A DNA stretch of 64,000 nt, taken from assembly GCF_004010195.1 (NCBI RefSeq), contig NC_057750.1, positions 16,966,726 to 17,030,725 of the forward strand, written 5' to 3'. Below, piece after piece: positions 49,483 through 62,107 of this stretch. Below the pieces are notes generated by a model. That model was not told the origin of the DNA, searched no databases, and saw only the letters and a program-made list of their open reading frames with translations. The first letter of the stretch is position 1, and each line of letters begins with the position of its first letter. This stretch comes from Chiloscyllium plagiosum. Its lineage: Eukaryota. Both the position numbers and the translations under genes were made by a program.

Positions 49483-52400
49483 ACAATGGGTAAGGGAAGA
49501 GTAGTTTTTTTTTGAAATGCAATGGTTGTACTTTGAGCTGCCTTTTACAGGCCTCACAACATAAAAAGATAGGTATTAGGTTCTCCCAGCATAGAGTGCG
49601 AGTAGCAAGAGTGTGCAAATACTGGGATTTCAGCTAAGTGTGTTTAGGCAAATCTACATTTGCTAATTGTTTAAAGGGCAAAGATCGCAATTAGTGTAAT
49701 AGTATGCTTCTCCTGTCGGATGTGGCGATCAGGGAACATTCAACTGTCCCTCAAGACCACATCTGCAGGAAATGTGTTTGGATGCGGTTCATAAAGCACA
49801 ATTTGGATTGGCTGGAGAGGCAGTTGGAGTCACTCAGGAGCATACAGAGGGCACAGAATGAGATGCATAGTAGCTTTAGAAAGGTGGCTTCACCACAGTT
49901 ACAGTCAAATAGATCATAAGACCATGAGACATAGAAGCAGAAATTAGGCCATTTGGCACATCAAGTGTGCTCTGCCATTCAATTATGGCTGATAAGTTTC
50001 TCAACCTCATTCTTCCACTTTCTCCCAATAACCTTGGATCCCTTTCATAAATCAAGTACCTAACTCAGTCTTAAGTATACTCAATGACCTGGCCTCCACA
50101 GCTTTCTGTGGCAATGAGTTCCATCGATTCACCACTCTCTGGCTGAAGAAGTTTCTCCTCGTCTCTATTCTGAACGATCTTCACTTTACTATAAGGAAGT
50201 GCCCCAACATCCTAGCTTCTCCTGCTAATAGAAACGTGTTCAGGCCATTCAGTATTCTGTAACTTTCAATTAGATTCCCCTCATCCTTCTAAACTCCATC
50301 AAGTATAGACCCGGAGTCCTCAAATGTGCCTCATACGTTAAACCTTCCATCCCTGGATTCATTTTCATGAACCTCCTCTGGACCTGCTCCAGGGCCAGGA
50401 TATCCTTCCTGAGCTATGTGGCCCAAAATTGCTCACAATATTCTAAATGTGGTCTGACTGGAGCCTTAATAAAGCCTCAGAACTACATCCTGTTTTTACA
50501 TTCTAGCCCTTTCAAAATAAATGCCAACATTGCATTGTCTTCCTAACTACCAACTCAACCTGTAAGTTAACCTTGCATAGAACAATAGTGCAGTACAGGC
50601 TCTTCGGCCCTTGATGCCATACCAATCTGTGAAACCAATCTGAAGCCCATCTAATCTACACTATTCTCTCACCATCCATATATTTATCCAACAATCATTT
50701 AAATGCCCTTAAAGTTGACCTTCCACACCCTTACTACTCTGAGTAAAGAATCTACCTCTGTGTCCTATATACATCTCCCCGCAGTTTAAAACTATATCCC
50801 CTCATACTAGCCATCACCAAACAAGGAAAAAAGCGCTCACTGTCCAACCTATCTCACCTTCTGATCATCTTATATGCCCCTATTCAGTCACCTCTCAACC
50901 TTCCTTTCTCACAAAAACAGCCTGAAGTCCCTCAGCCTTCCCTCCATACCAGGCAACATCCTACTAAATCTCCTCTGCACCCTTTCCAGTGCTTCCACAT
51001 CCTTTCTATAATGCGTTGACCAGCATGATATGCAATATGTGGCCGCACCAGAGTTTTGTACAGCTGTTACATGACCTCATGACTCCGAAACTTAATTCCT
51101 CTGTCAATAAAAGCTATCATCCGGGATGCCTTCTCAACAACACTATCAACCAGGGTGGCAACTTTCAAGGATCTATGCACATGGACACAGATTCTCTGCT
51201 CATCTACACTACCAAGAATCTTACCATTCGCCCAGTATTCTGTATTCTTGTTACTCCTTCCAAAGTTAATCACCTCACACTTTTCCGCATTAAACTCCAA
51301 ATGCCACCTCTCAGTCCAGCTCTGCAACTTATCTATGCCTCTCTATAACCTGCAACATCCTTCCACACTGTCCAAAACTCCACTGACCTTAGTGTCATCC
51401 GCAAATTTACTAACCCATCCTTCTCCACCCTTATCCAGATCATTTATAAAAATGACAGACAGCAGTGGCCCTAAAACAGATCCCTAGTACACCACTAGTA
51501 ACTGAACTCCAGGATTAACATTTCCCATCAACCACCACCCTCTATCTTCTTTCAGCTAGCCAATTTCTGATCCAAAATGCCAAATCACCTTCAATCCCAA
51601 TGCCTCTGTATTTTCTACAATAGCCTACCATGGGGAATCTTCTCAAACACTTTACTGAAATTAATTTCCATCACATCAACTGCTTTACCTCATCCATCTG
51701 TTTGGTCATCTTCTCAAAAGAACTCAGTAAGGTTTGAGAGGCATAATCTACCCTTCACAAAACTGTGGTGACTATCCCTGATCAAATTATTCCTTTCTAG
51801 ATGATAAATCCTCTCTTATAATCCTTTCCAACACTTTTTCCACAACCAAAGTAAGGCTGACTGGTCTAGAATTACCAGGTTGTCTGTACTCCTCTTCTTG
51901 AACAAGGGACAACATTTGCTATCCAGGCTTCTGGCACTGTTCCTGTAGACAATGACAACAAAGATCAAAGCCAAAGACTCTGCAATGTCCTCCCTAGCTT
52001 CCGAGTGAATCCTAGGAGAAATCCCATCCAGCGCAGGGGACTTATCTATTTTCACACTTTCCAGAATTGCTAACATTTCCCCCTTATAAACCTCAATCCC
52101 ATCTAGTCGAACAGCCTATATCTCAGTATTCTCCTCGACATTGCCTTTTTCCTGTGTGAATACTGATGAAAAATATTTATTTAGCGCCTCTCCTAGCTCT
52201 TCGGACTCCACGCACAACTTCCCACTACTGACCTTGATAGGCCTTAATTTTACTCTAGTCATTCTTTTATTTCTGACATAGCTATAGAAAGCTTTAACGT
52301 TTTCCTTGATGCTACCTGCCAAAAACTTCTCATGACCCTCCTGGCTCTTTTTCGTTCTCCTTTTAGGTCCTTCCTGGCTAACTTGTAACTCTCAAGCACC

Positions 52401-52549
52401 CGAACTGAGCCTTCATGTTGCAAAGTAACATAAGCCTGTCTTCTTCTTTAAGAAAGATTCAACTTCTTTAGTAAATCACAGTTTCCTCACTTGATTACTT
52501 CCACCCTGCCTGACAGGTACATACTTATCAAGAACATACAGTAGCTGTT

Positions 52550-52820
52550 TTTAGATTTAGAATCCCTATGGCTTTTAGATTTAGAATCTCTTCGGCCCAA
52601 CAAGTCCATGCCGACCATCCAAACAATATCCCACCAAATTCATTTTCCATTACTCTACATTTACCTGACTAGTGCACTTAATCTACACATCCCTGAACAC
52701 TTTTGGCAATTTAGCATGACCAATCCACTCTAAGCTGCAATTCTTTAGATTGTGGGAGGAAACCTGGGTCCCTGGTGCTGTGAGGCAGCAGTGCTAACTA
52801 CTAAGCCATCGTGCCACCCC
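52550..52820 (-). mobile_element. HE1-type V-SINE with internal deletion, inserted in a CR1
   Basis: Head tgtgaggcagcagtgctaac and tail ttcggcccaacaagtcc, both on the reverse strand. Confidence 0.85.
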
Positions 52821-54499
52821 TGTCTTTGAACAAGCTTCACATTTCAATTGTGCCTAACCCATGCGGTTTCCTTTCCCATCCTATGCATCCTAAATCTTGC
52901 TTAACTGCATCATAATTGTCTTTCCCCCACCTATAACTCTTGCCCTGCGGTATATATTTGTTCCTTTCCATCACTACAGTAAACATAACTGAATTGTGGT
53001 CATTATCACCAAAGTGCTCACCTACTCCCAAATCTAACACTTGGCTCAGTTCACTACCCAGTACCAAATCCAATGAGGCCTTGTTGGCCTATCTACATAC
53101 TGCGTCAGGAAACCCTCCTGCTCACATTGGACAAAACCTGACCCACCTAAAGTACTCGAACTATAGAGTTTCCAGTCAATATTAGGAAAGTTAAAAATTC
53201 CCACAACAACTACCCTGTTACTTTCACTCCTAGCCTCTACATCTCTAGAACTTTTCGGAGACCTATAGAAAACTCCCAACAGGGTGACCTCGCCTTTCTT
53301 ATTTCTGACCTCAGCCTGTACTACCTCAGTAGACAAGTCCTCATTAAATGTCCTTTCTGCCACCATAATACTATCTTTGAGTAGCAAAGCCACACCTCTC
53401 CCTCTTTTACCACCTTCCCTGTTTTTACTGAAAAATCTAAACCCTGGAACTTGTAACAACCATTCCTGTCCCTGCTCTCTCTCTCTCTCTCTCTCTGTAA
53501 TGGCCAAAACATTGAAGTCCCCAGGAATGAACCCATACTGCAAATTCACCCACCTTATTCTGGATGCCCCTTGCATTGAAGTAGACACACTTCAAACTAC
53601 CTTCCTGCCTACCGGTACACTCTTGCAACCTCGAAACCTTATGACTTCACTACGTTCAACCTCCTATACACTGGAGCTACAATTCTGCTTCCCATCCCCC
53701 TGCAGAATTAGTTTAAATCCTCCCAAAGAGCATTAGCAAACATCCCCCCCTCCCTAGGATATTGTAGCCCTCAGGTTCAGGTGTAGACCATCCCATTTAT
53801 AGAGGTCCAACCTACCCCAGAATGAGCCCCAATTATCCAAGTATCACACACCAAGCACAAGTCTCTTGTTCCCACAGATTCTCCTACTTGTCCCCCTAAC
53901 TATGGAGTACCCAATGGCTAATGGTCCACTCCTCTCCCCTTCCCTTCAGAGCAATAGGGACCAACACTGTACCAGAGATCTGTACCCCATGGCTTACCCC
54001 TGGTAAGTCGCTCCCCCCAGCAGTATCCAAAACAGTCTACTTGTTATTGAAGGGAACGGCCCAAGGAGATCCCTGCACTGTCTGCTTGTTACCATTCTGT
54101 CCCCTGACTGTAACCCATCTACCTTTTTCCTGTACCTGAGGTGTGACTACCTCCCTGTAACTCCTCTCAATTATCCTCACAGCCTCCCGAATGATCTGAA
54201 TGTTCATCCAGCTCCAGCTCCCTAACGCAGTTTCCGAGGAGTTGGAGTTGGGTGCACTTCCCGCAGATGAAGTCAGCAGAACACCACCTGAAGTCGGCAG
54301 GACCATTGCCTCCCACATTCAACAGATGGAGCATTCATCTGCCCTAACATCCATTCCCACTGATCTGAATTCCCAAAGTGACTATTGAAGAAAAAACTAG
54401 CAACCTTACCAGGTTGGCACACAGAACTTGTTTTTGATTAGAGGGAGAGGATGGGTGGGAGACACCACCGCGGGTAAAGTAACTGCCCAAATATACACG

Positions 54500-54968
54500 T
54501 CAAGAGTGGAGCGCTGGAGAGGCACAGTAAGTCAGGCAGCATCTGCGGAGCACGAGAATCGACATTTAGGGCATAAGCTCTTCATCAGGAATGAGGCTTG
54601 TGGGTCGGGGCTGAGAGATAAATGGGGTGGGGGAGAGTGGGAGAAGCAATAGGTGGATGAAGGCGAGGGAGGAGATGAGTGATGGACAGGTCCGGAGGGC
54701 AGTGCTGAGTTGGAGGCTTAGGACTGCGGTAATGTGGGGGAGGGGAAATGAGGAAGCTGTTGAAATGTACATTTATCCCATGTAATTGCAGGATCCCAAG
54801 GCGTTCCTCCTCCAGGCGTCAGGTGACAATGATTTGGTGGTGGAGGCAGCCCAGGACCTGTACGTCCTTGACAGAGTGGGAGGGGAGCTTACGTGTTCAG
54901 CCACGGGGTGGTGGGGTTGATGGGTGCAGGGATCCCAGAGGTGTTCTCTGAAGCTATCTGCAAGAATA
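54500..54968 (-). mobile_element. Penelope-like element 3' part (GIY-YIG C-terminal region plus terminal repeat with hammerhead-like motif)
   Basis: LADSFREHL...QPHHPVAEH and (frameshifted) RRLEEER..GILQLHGINVHF. Terminus attcCTGATGAagagcttatgccctaaatgtcgattc. Confidence 0.85.
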
Positions 54969-55565
54969 TATAACGTCACTTACTCAGTTGTCCAGTGTCT
55001 GCTCCAGCTCAGCGTGCGCTCCACTGATCCATGAGGTAAGCTTTTTATAGGATTTATCTTCCTGACAGCCCAGTGGTTCTCGCTCTCACTGCTCCCACTG
55101 CAAACATGGAGGCCGCTGATCCAAGAGGTAAGTCAGAGAATGTAAGGGGATTCTGGACTAGGACTCCCAAGTCCCTTTGCACTTCAGATTTCTGAATTTT
55201 CTCCCCATTTAGATGGTGACTGTCAGGAGAGGAAGGCAGGGCAGGAGTCTCCTTTGGTGATTCATCTCAAACAAATATACATTTTGGATATAGGTTAGGA
55301 GGGATAGCCTCTTACAGAAAATAGTACTGGCAGCCAGGTCTTGGGCACCATGGCTGGATCTTCTGTTAAACAGGGTTTGTCAAAGTTCAAATGAGCAACT
55401 GATATAGGGGACTCTCCAGTCAGGGGCATAGACAGATGATTCTGCACTTGTGAGCAAGACTTCAGGGTGGTGTTGCCTCCCTGGTGCCAGGGTCAAGGAT
55501 GTCTGAGAATTCGTAAAAGGGGAGCAGGAGCAGATGGATGTTGTTATACACATTGGTACCAATAG

Positions 55566-56205
55566 AACCTTAATCAGATGGGCAAATGGGCAGAGGAGTT
55601 TAAACAAATGTGAGGTGCCGCATCTTGGTAAGGCAAATCAGGGAGAGACTTATACATTTCATGGTAAGGTCCTGGGGAGTATTGCTAACTAAGAGCTCTT
55701 GGGGTATAAGTTCATAATTCCTTGAAAGTGGAGTCATAAGTAGGCATGATAGCAAAGATGGTATTAGTATGCTTATCTTTATTGGTCAGTGCATTGAGTA
55801 TAGGAATTGTGAGATCATGTTGCGGCTGTACAGCACACCTTTGGAATACTGCAGGCAATTCTAATCTCCCTTCTCTGGAAAGCTGTTGTGAACAGAGTTC
55901 AGAAAAAAATTATAAGGATGTTGCCAGGGTGAGGGAATCCAAGTGTTAAGAGGTTTAAAGTGAGAAGGGGAAGATTTAAAAAGGGATCGAAGGGGCAACT
56001 TTTTCATGCACAGGCTGATGCATGTATGGAATAAGTTGCCAGAGGAGATGGTGGAGGCTGTTACAATTACAACATTTAAAAGGCATTTGGATGGGTATAC
56101 GAATAGGAAGGGTTTGGAGGAATATGGATCAAATGTTGGCATATCTGGAAAGCATGGATGAGCTGCACTGAAGGGTCTGTTTTCTTGCTGCACATCTCTA
56201 TGACA
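55566..56205 (+). mobile_element. CR1 3' fragment inserted in the esterase region of the older CR1
   Basis: It splits the host sequence cacattggtaccaat|gacataggt (HIGTN|DIG). Tail catctctatgac. Confidence 0.8.
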
Positions 56206-56936
56206 TAGGTAAAGGGATAAGGTTCAGCAGAGTGAATTTAGGAAGTTAGGGAAGTTAAAAAGCTGGACCTCAACAGTAGTAATTTCTGGATTACTTCTGG
56301 GGAAATGTGCTAGGGAGAGTAGGAAGGAGGATTGGGCAGATTAACAAGTGGCTAAGGAGATGGGATAGAGGCAACGAGTCAGATTTTTGGATCATTGGGA
56401 TCTCTTCTGGACAGAAGTGGCCTGTACTGGAGAGACAGGTTACACAGTGTGGTGGGGGAAATCTTATGCAGTGGTGAGGAAAGAGAGAGGATGCTTCAGA
56501 AGTAAAAGGGAAGCAAGTTAAATAGTTAAAGCAGACAAGAGCACGAGAGAACGAGATGCAATTGAAGAATTAAACTGCATTTATTTCAATGCAAGAGGCC
56601 CAACAGGTGAGGCAGATGAACTAAGGCATGGAAGGCAACATGGGACTGGGATAGCATAGCCATCACAGAAACATGGCTCAGGTTGGGGCAGGACTGGCAG
56701 CTCAATGATCCAGGTATAGATGTGATAGAATGAATAGAAAGGGAGGCAAAAGGGAAAGAAGAACGTTGTTTTTGATTAGGGAACACATTGCTATACTTAA
56801 AGAGGATATTCATGGCGGACTATTCAATGAAGCTATATGGATGGAACTGAGAAATAAGAAAAGGGATGATCATCTTGGTGGGGATTGCACTACAGTGGGA
56901 AATTGATGAGCAAGTATGTGTGAAGCGGTCAGACAT

Positions 56937-57262
56937 GGTGCGGCACGTGGCACAGTGGTTAGCACTGCTGCCTCACAGTGCCAGAGACCTGGGTTCAATT
57001 CCCACCTCGGGCAACTGTCTGTGTAGAGTTTGCACATCTCCCAGCACCTGAGTGGGTTTCCTCCGGGTGCTCCGGTTTCCTCCCACAGTCCAAAGATGTG
57101 CAGGTCAGGTGAGTGCAGGTCAGGTGAATTGGCCATGCTAAATTCCCCGTAGTGTTAGGTGAAGGGGTAAATGTCGGGGAATGGGTCTGGGTGGGTTGAT
57201 CTTCGGAGGGTCAGTATGGACTTGTTGGGCCGAAGGGCTGGTTTCCACACAAAGTAATCTAA
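56937..57262 (+). mobile_element. HE1-type V-SINE with a 15-bp internal tandem duplication
   Basis: Head, V-domain and tail are present; gtgcaggtcaggtga occurs twice at ~57098-57127. Confidence 0.92.
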
Positions 57263-59499
57263 AACAAAATGGAAGAGTAATAGGGTTATAATAGAAGGGA
57301 ATTTTAACTTTCCAAACAGACTGGGACTGCCATAATGTTTAAGGGCTTGGATGAGGAGAAATTTTCTTTAATCAATATGTTGATGTTTGCTCCTAGAGAA
57401 GGAGCAAAATTAACCCTCCTTTAGGAAATAAGGCAGTGAATGGCGTCTTAGTCAGGAGCACTTTTGGACCAGTAATCAATGCTATTAATTTAAAAATTAT
57501 GGAAAAGGATAGGTCTTATATAACAGTTAAAGTTCTAAATTGGAACAAAGCCATTTTGATGGCATTACTCAGTTGATTGGCTTAGGCTGTTTGCAGGTAA
57601 AGGGATGAATGTTAATTGGGAGGCTTTCAAAACTGAGATAACGAGAGTTCAGAGACAACAACATGTTAGATTTAAGGGCAAAGCTGATAGGAGTAGGGAA
57701 CACTGGCTGACTACAGATATTGATGCCCTGGTCAAGAAAAAGGAGGCAAATATCAAGTAGACAGCCGGTGTCAAGTGAATTCCTTGAGGATTTTAGTGGA
57801 AGTAGGGGAATATTTAGGAGGGAAATCAGAAGGGCTAAAAGGGAATTATAAAATAGCCTTGGCAGATACAATTAAGGAGAATCCAAAGAGATTTTACAAG
57901 TGCATTAAGGACAAAAGAACAACTAGGGAGAGAATAGGCCCCCTTAATGATCAATGAGACTGTGTCAAATGACTGGAGATGGGCAAGATACTAAACTCGT
58001 TTTGCATTGGTTTTGACTGTGGAGAAAGGCATGGAAGTTGAAGAACTGAGGAACTAAACTGTAATGTCTTGAAAACAGTCCATACTAAACAGGAGGTGCC
58101 AGAAGTCTTAAAAAAAAACAAAAAGTTAGGCAAATCCCCAGGACCTGATCAAATGTATCGCAGGACAATGTGGGAAACTAAGAAAGAAATTGCAGGGCCA
58201 CTAGCAGAGATATTTGTATCATCTACAGCCATGAGTGAGGTGCAAGAAGACTGGAAGGTGGCTAATGTTATGTTTATTTAAGAATGTCTGCAAGGAAAAG
58301 CCTAAGTACCAAAGACTAGTGAGTCTGATGTCAGTGGTGGGCAAGGTGGAGGGGATTCGGAGAGTCAGGATGTACATGCACTCAGGAAGGTAAGGACTTA
58401 TACGGATAGTCAACATAGTTTTGACAGTGGGAAATCATGCCTAACAAACCTGATTGAGCTTTTTGAGGACAACCAAAAAGATAGTGAGGGCAGAGCAGTA
58501 GATGTTGTCGACACAGACACTAGCAAGGTCTTGAACTCGGTTCTGCATTATAGTCTGGTTGGTAAAGTTAGATCACATGGGATCCAACTGGCTACAAAAA
58601 TGACTTGACAGTGATACTAAGATCAGTGATTGAGGGTGTTTTTTGGACTGAACCCTGTAGTCACTGGTGTTCCCACAGGGATTGGGGCTGGGTCTACTGC
58701 TGTTTGTCATTCATATAAATGATTTGGATGAAAAGATAGGAAGCATGGTTCGTCATTTTTCAGACAATTATAGTGGACAATGAAGGTTATCTAAGATTAC
58801 AATGGAATCTTGATCAGCTGGGTCAATGGGCCGAGAAGTGGCAGATGGAGTTTAATTTCAGAGAAGGGCGAGGTATTGCATTTTGGTAAGACAAATCAGG
58901 GCAGGACTTACACAGTTAATGATAGGGCCCTGGGGTATGCTGTGAAACAAAAACTTAGGGGTTCAGTTACATAGTTCCTTGAAAGCAGCATCACAGGTAG
59001 ACAGGGTGGTGAAGGTGTTTGGCATGCTTGCCTTCACTGGTTAGAGCACTGAATATAGAAGTTGGGACATCATGTTGCAGCCATATAGGACATTGTTGAG
59101 GCCACTTTTGAAGTATAGCACACAGTTCTGGTCACCCTAATATAGGATGGATATTAATGCATTGGAAAGGGTGCAGAAAAGATTTAGAAGGGTGTTATTG
59201 GGACTACATGGTTAGGGTTATATGAATTGGCTGGGACTTTTTTCCCTAGTGTAGGAGTTTGAGGGGGTCACATTATGGAGGTTTATAAAATCATGAGATG
59301 AATACCCAAGGTCTCTTCCCTAGGACAAGGTAATTCATAACTAGAAGGCATAGTTTCAAAGGTGAGGGGAGAAAGGTTTAGAAGGGACCTAAGAAGCAAA
59401 CACTAGCAATACCATTTCTAACCTGCCTAATTGCCTATCCAATTGATTTTGGTCCAGTATCTGTCATATTAATGTGGGAATGTCCACTGATAATTGCAC

Positions 59500-59722
59500 A
59501 ACATTTAGCACCACTTGCTTGGATGAGCACAGTTCCTATAACACAAAGCTCAAGACCATCCAGAACAAGGTAACCCGGTTGACTGGCACACCATCTACCA
59601 CTTTCAACATTCATTCGCTCCACCTCTGAGGGACAGTAGTAGCAGTGTGTAGCATCCACAAGATGTACTAAGGTTGCTTCAACACTACTTTCCAAACACA
59701 TGACCTGTATCACCTAGAAGGA
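59500..59722 (+). mobile_element. Old CR1/L2-group LINE fragment
   Basis: Similar to 23220-23450 (ggatgagcacagttcc, accatccagaacaag, cacaagatgtact). Confidence 0.65.
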
Positions 59723-59724
59723 GA

Positions 59725-61210
59725 AAGAACAGAAAACAAAAAGCCCAGGAACAGGCCCTTCGGCCCTCCAAGCCTGAGCCAATCCAAATTCACTGTCTAA
59801 ATCTGTTGCCCAATTCCTACACATCTGTATCCTTCTGCTCCCCACCTACTCATGCATCGGTCTAGACGCATCTTACAGGAATTTACTGTGCCTGCCTCTA
59901 CTACCTCTGCTGGCAACATGTTCCAGCAACCTACCATTCTCTGTGTAAATTACTTGCTGCGTGTATCCCCCCTTAAACTTTTCACTTTTCATCTTGAAAG
60001 TGTGACCTCTCCTTATTGAATCCTTCCTCCTGGGAAAAAAAGCTTATCTCTATCTACCTGTCTATACCCTTCATACTTTTGTAGACCTCAATCAGGTCCC
60101 CCCTCAATCTCCTTTTTTCTAATGAAACAACCCTAACCTACTCAACCTCTCTTCATAGCTAGCACCTTCCATACCAAGCAACATTCGCGTAAACCTTCTC
60201 CGCACCCTCTCCTTTGGTAATGTGGCGACCAGAAGCGTACATAGTCTTCTAAATGCAGCCAAACAAATGTCTTGTACAATTTAACATTACCTGCCAGCTC
60301 TTATGCTCAATACCCTGTCCATATGCCTTGTTGACCACTCTATCCACCTGTGCAGCAACCTTCAGGGTACAATGGACCTGAACTCCCAGATCTCTCTGCT
60401 CATTAACATTTCCCAAGGCTTTTCTGTTTACTGTATAATTTGCTCTAGAATTAGATATCCAAAATGCATTACCTCACATTTGCCTGGATTGAACTCCATC
60501 TGCCACTTCTCTGCTCAACTCTCCAGTCTATCCATATTGTCCTGTATTCTTTGAAAGTCCCCTATGCTTTCTGCTACTCCACCAATCTTCATGCCATCTG
60601 CAAACTTGCTGATCTTCCAGATCGTTTATGTATATCACAAACAATAGTGGCCCCAGCACTGATCCCTGTGGAACCCCACTGGTTATCTTTCTCCATTTCG
60701 AGAAACTCCCTTCAACTGCTACTCTCTTCTGTTGCTCAACCAGTTCTTTATCCACCTAGCTAGAACACCCTGCACACCATGTAACTTCACTTTCTCCAAT
60801 AGTTTGGCACGGGAAACCTTATCAAATGCCTTACTAAAGTCCATGTATATGACATCTACAGCCCTTCCTTCATCTATCAACTTGGTCACTTCCGCAAAGA
60901 ACTCTATTAAGTTGGTAAGGCACGATCTCCCCCGCACAAAACCATGCTGCCTATACTGATAAGCCCATTCATTTCCAAATATAAATAGATTTTAACCCTC
61001 AGTACCTTCTCCAGCACCGACCACGGACATCAGGCTCACTGGTCTGTAGTTACTTGGAACATCCCTACTACCCTTCTTGTACAGGGGTACAACATAGCCT
61101 TCCATCCTTATTTTTTAGTGGACCAATCTTCATATATACAAATAAAACGCTTTGGGATTCTCCTTAATTCTGCTTGCTAAAGCTATTTCATGGCCCTTTT
61201 TAGCCCACTA
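59725..61210 (-). mobile_element. CR1 LINE, 5'-truncated (plus a short adjacent CR1 fragment at ~61095-61210)
   Basis: Peptides RGRSCLTNLIEFF..YMDFSKAFDKV and [21 protein letters not shown]. Confidence 0.92.
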
Positions 61211-61305
61211 TGAGTTATTAAAGTTGGGCAAGAGGTAATTTCACTCATCCATTTTACATACTGGACCGCTTTCCTTTGCAAAACAGAGTTTGTAGCTGTT
61301 CTTAC

Positions 61306-61380
61306 CACTCAGACCGTATGGTTTTCTCCCAATTACTCTGGCACCTGCAGTCAGCTTTGTATCATCTGGCGCAGGAGCTG
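61306..61380 (-). CDS. ADAD2: Candidate ADAD2-like linker exon (75 bp, phase 1-1): xAPAPDDTKLTAGARVIGRKPYGLS
   Basis: Acceptor tttgtcctttcctaaatccag|CAG and donor AGTG|GTAAGA. The frame is open and joins the 46011 exon in phase (G+AA = Glu, ...GLSENLIIH). It lies in non-repeat sequence but has no conserved motif, hence the lower confidence. Confidence 0.62.
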
Positions 61381-62107
61381 CTGGATTTAGGAAAGGACAA
61401 ACAAATCTGTTATTTTGGGAATTGGGGAAGAGCTGTGTTGCATTTTACAGTGATCAAGAGGGACTTGCCACTGCACAATTACAGAAATGCTCATTATTCA
61501 AAGATGAATAATAATAGCATTAGTTTTTTTAAACCATCTTGTAACACTCGACGAAACTTTTAGAATTATCAACATGTAATACAGAGATCAGCATTCAAAC
61601 AAAAATATAAAAAGGTGAAAGATGAAGGATCATGGACCATAAGTGGGTCATTAAAAGTTAAAAGGAGTGCAAAGTGAGGACAAAGATAAACATCCTTCCT
61701 CATTTCTTTTGTGCTCAGTTACCATCAACAAAAATAACTCGCATTTATATAATCACTTTTTACAGGAATCTTGTGGCTTAATAACTAGTGCCCTTGCTTC
61801 AAAGCTCCAGGATGAAGTCCTACTCTAGAATTTATTGATCACAAAGGAGAGTTCCTAGCACTGTTGAAACATTGATTATCAACCTGCTAATCCTTCTAGC
61901 CCTTTCTCATTATTCCCCAAAGGGAACAAAGTGAGGGAAGAAAAGCAACAAACTGAACCAATTTAGTGAAACACTGCAATTAAATTGTATATACCAAGAT
62001 CTCAAAAACAAACAATGGGATCTTTGTCTTTTTCTTTCAAGTAGTAACAACCCAACAAGTTTCTCTAGAGGCAGGATTAAGGTAAGAGGTCACAGATATA
62101 GCCTAAC

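Larger units (their letters stand above)
50576..55135 (-). mobile_element. Near-full-length CR1 (5'UTR repeats, ORF1 remnant, ORF2), decayed
   Basis: Peptides CCMWE, IIREAVRIIERSYREVVTP, LKCVYFNARGI, IDKSPALDGI and WHLEFNAEKCEV; repeated ctgatcca.gaggtaag unit at 55025-55133. Confidence 0.88.
49915..55210 (-). mobile_element. CR1 3' fragment (49915-50575 plus 55135-55210), split by a full-length CR1
   Basis: Tail cataagaccatgagacatag at 49915. The sequence ...aagttaacctt continues as ggattctggactaggactccc after 55135. TAGAT is present at both outer junctions. Confidence 0.75.
49620..59400 (+). mobile_element. Old near-full-length CR1 (pieces 49620-49914, 55210-55565, 56206-56936, 57263-59400) hosting nested insertions
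   Basis: ORF1 Cys motif VPQDHICRKC..LERQLE; esterase LIGDS..PGARVKD..HIGTN|DIG; ORF2 YFNAR, KSPGPD and later RT remnants in colinear order. Confidence 0.8.
16262..61380 (-). other. ADAD2: ADAD2-like gene span (adenosine deaminase domain-containing, catalytically degenerate ADAR relative); 5' part including the dsRBD not found in the window
   Basis: Eight exons join in frame (phases 1-1-1-2-2-1-2-0-stop; 1205 nt) with GT-AG sites. The spliced peptide carries ADAR-deaminase motifs [49 protein letters not shown] and YQEAK. HDCH, ENLIIH..RCAA and the C-terminal GPWPQKQLV resemble ADAD2 (from recall). Confidence 0.85.

Noticed and set aside
61255..61262. Alternative donor CCA|GTATGT extending the 75-bp exon
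   Set aside because: It would end in phase 0, incompatible with the phase-1 acceptor at 46011.
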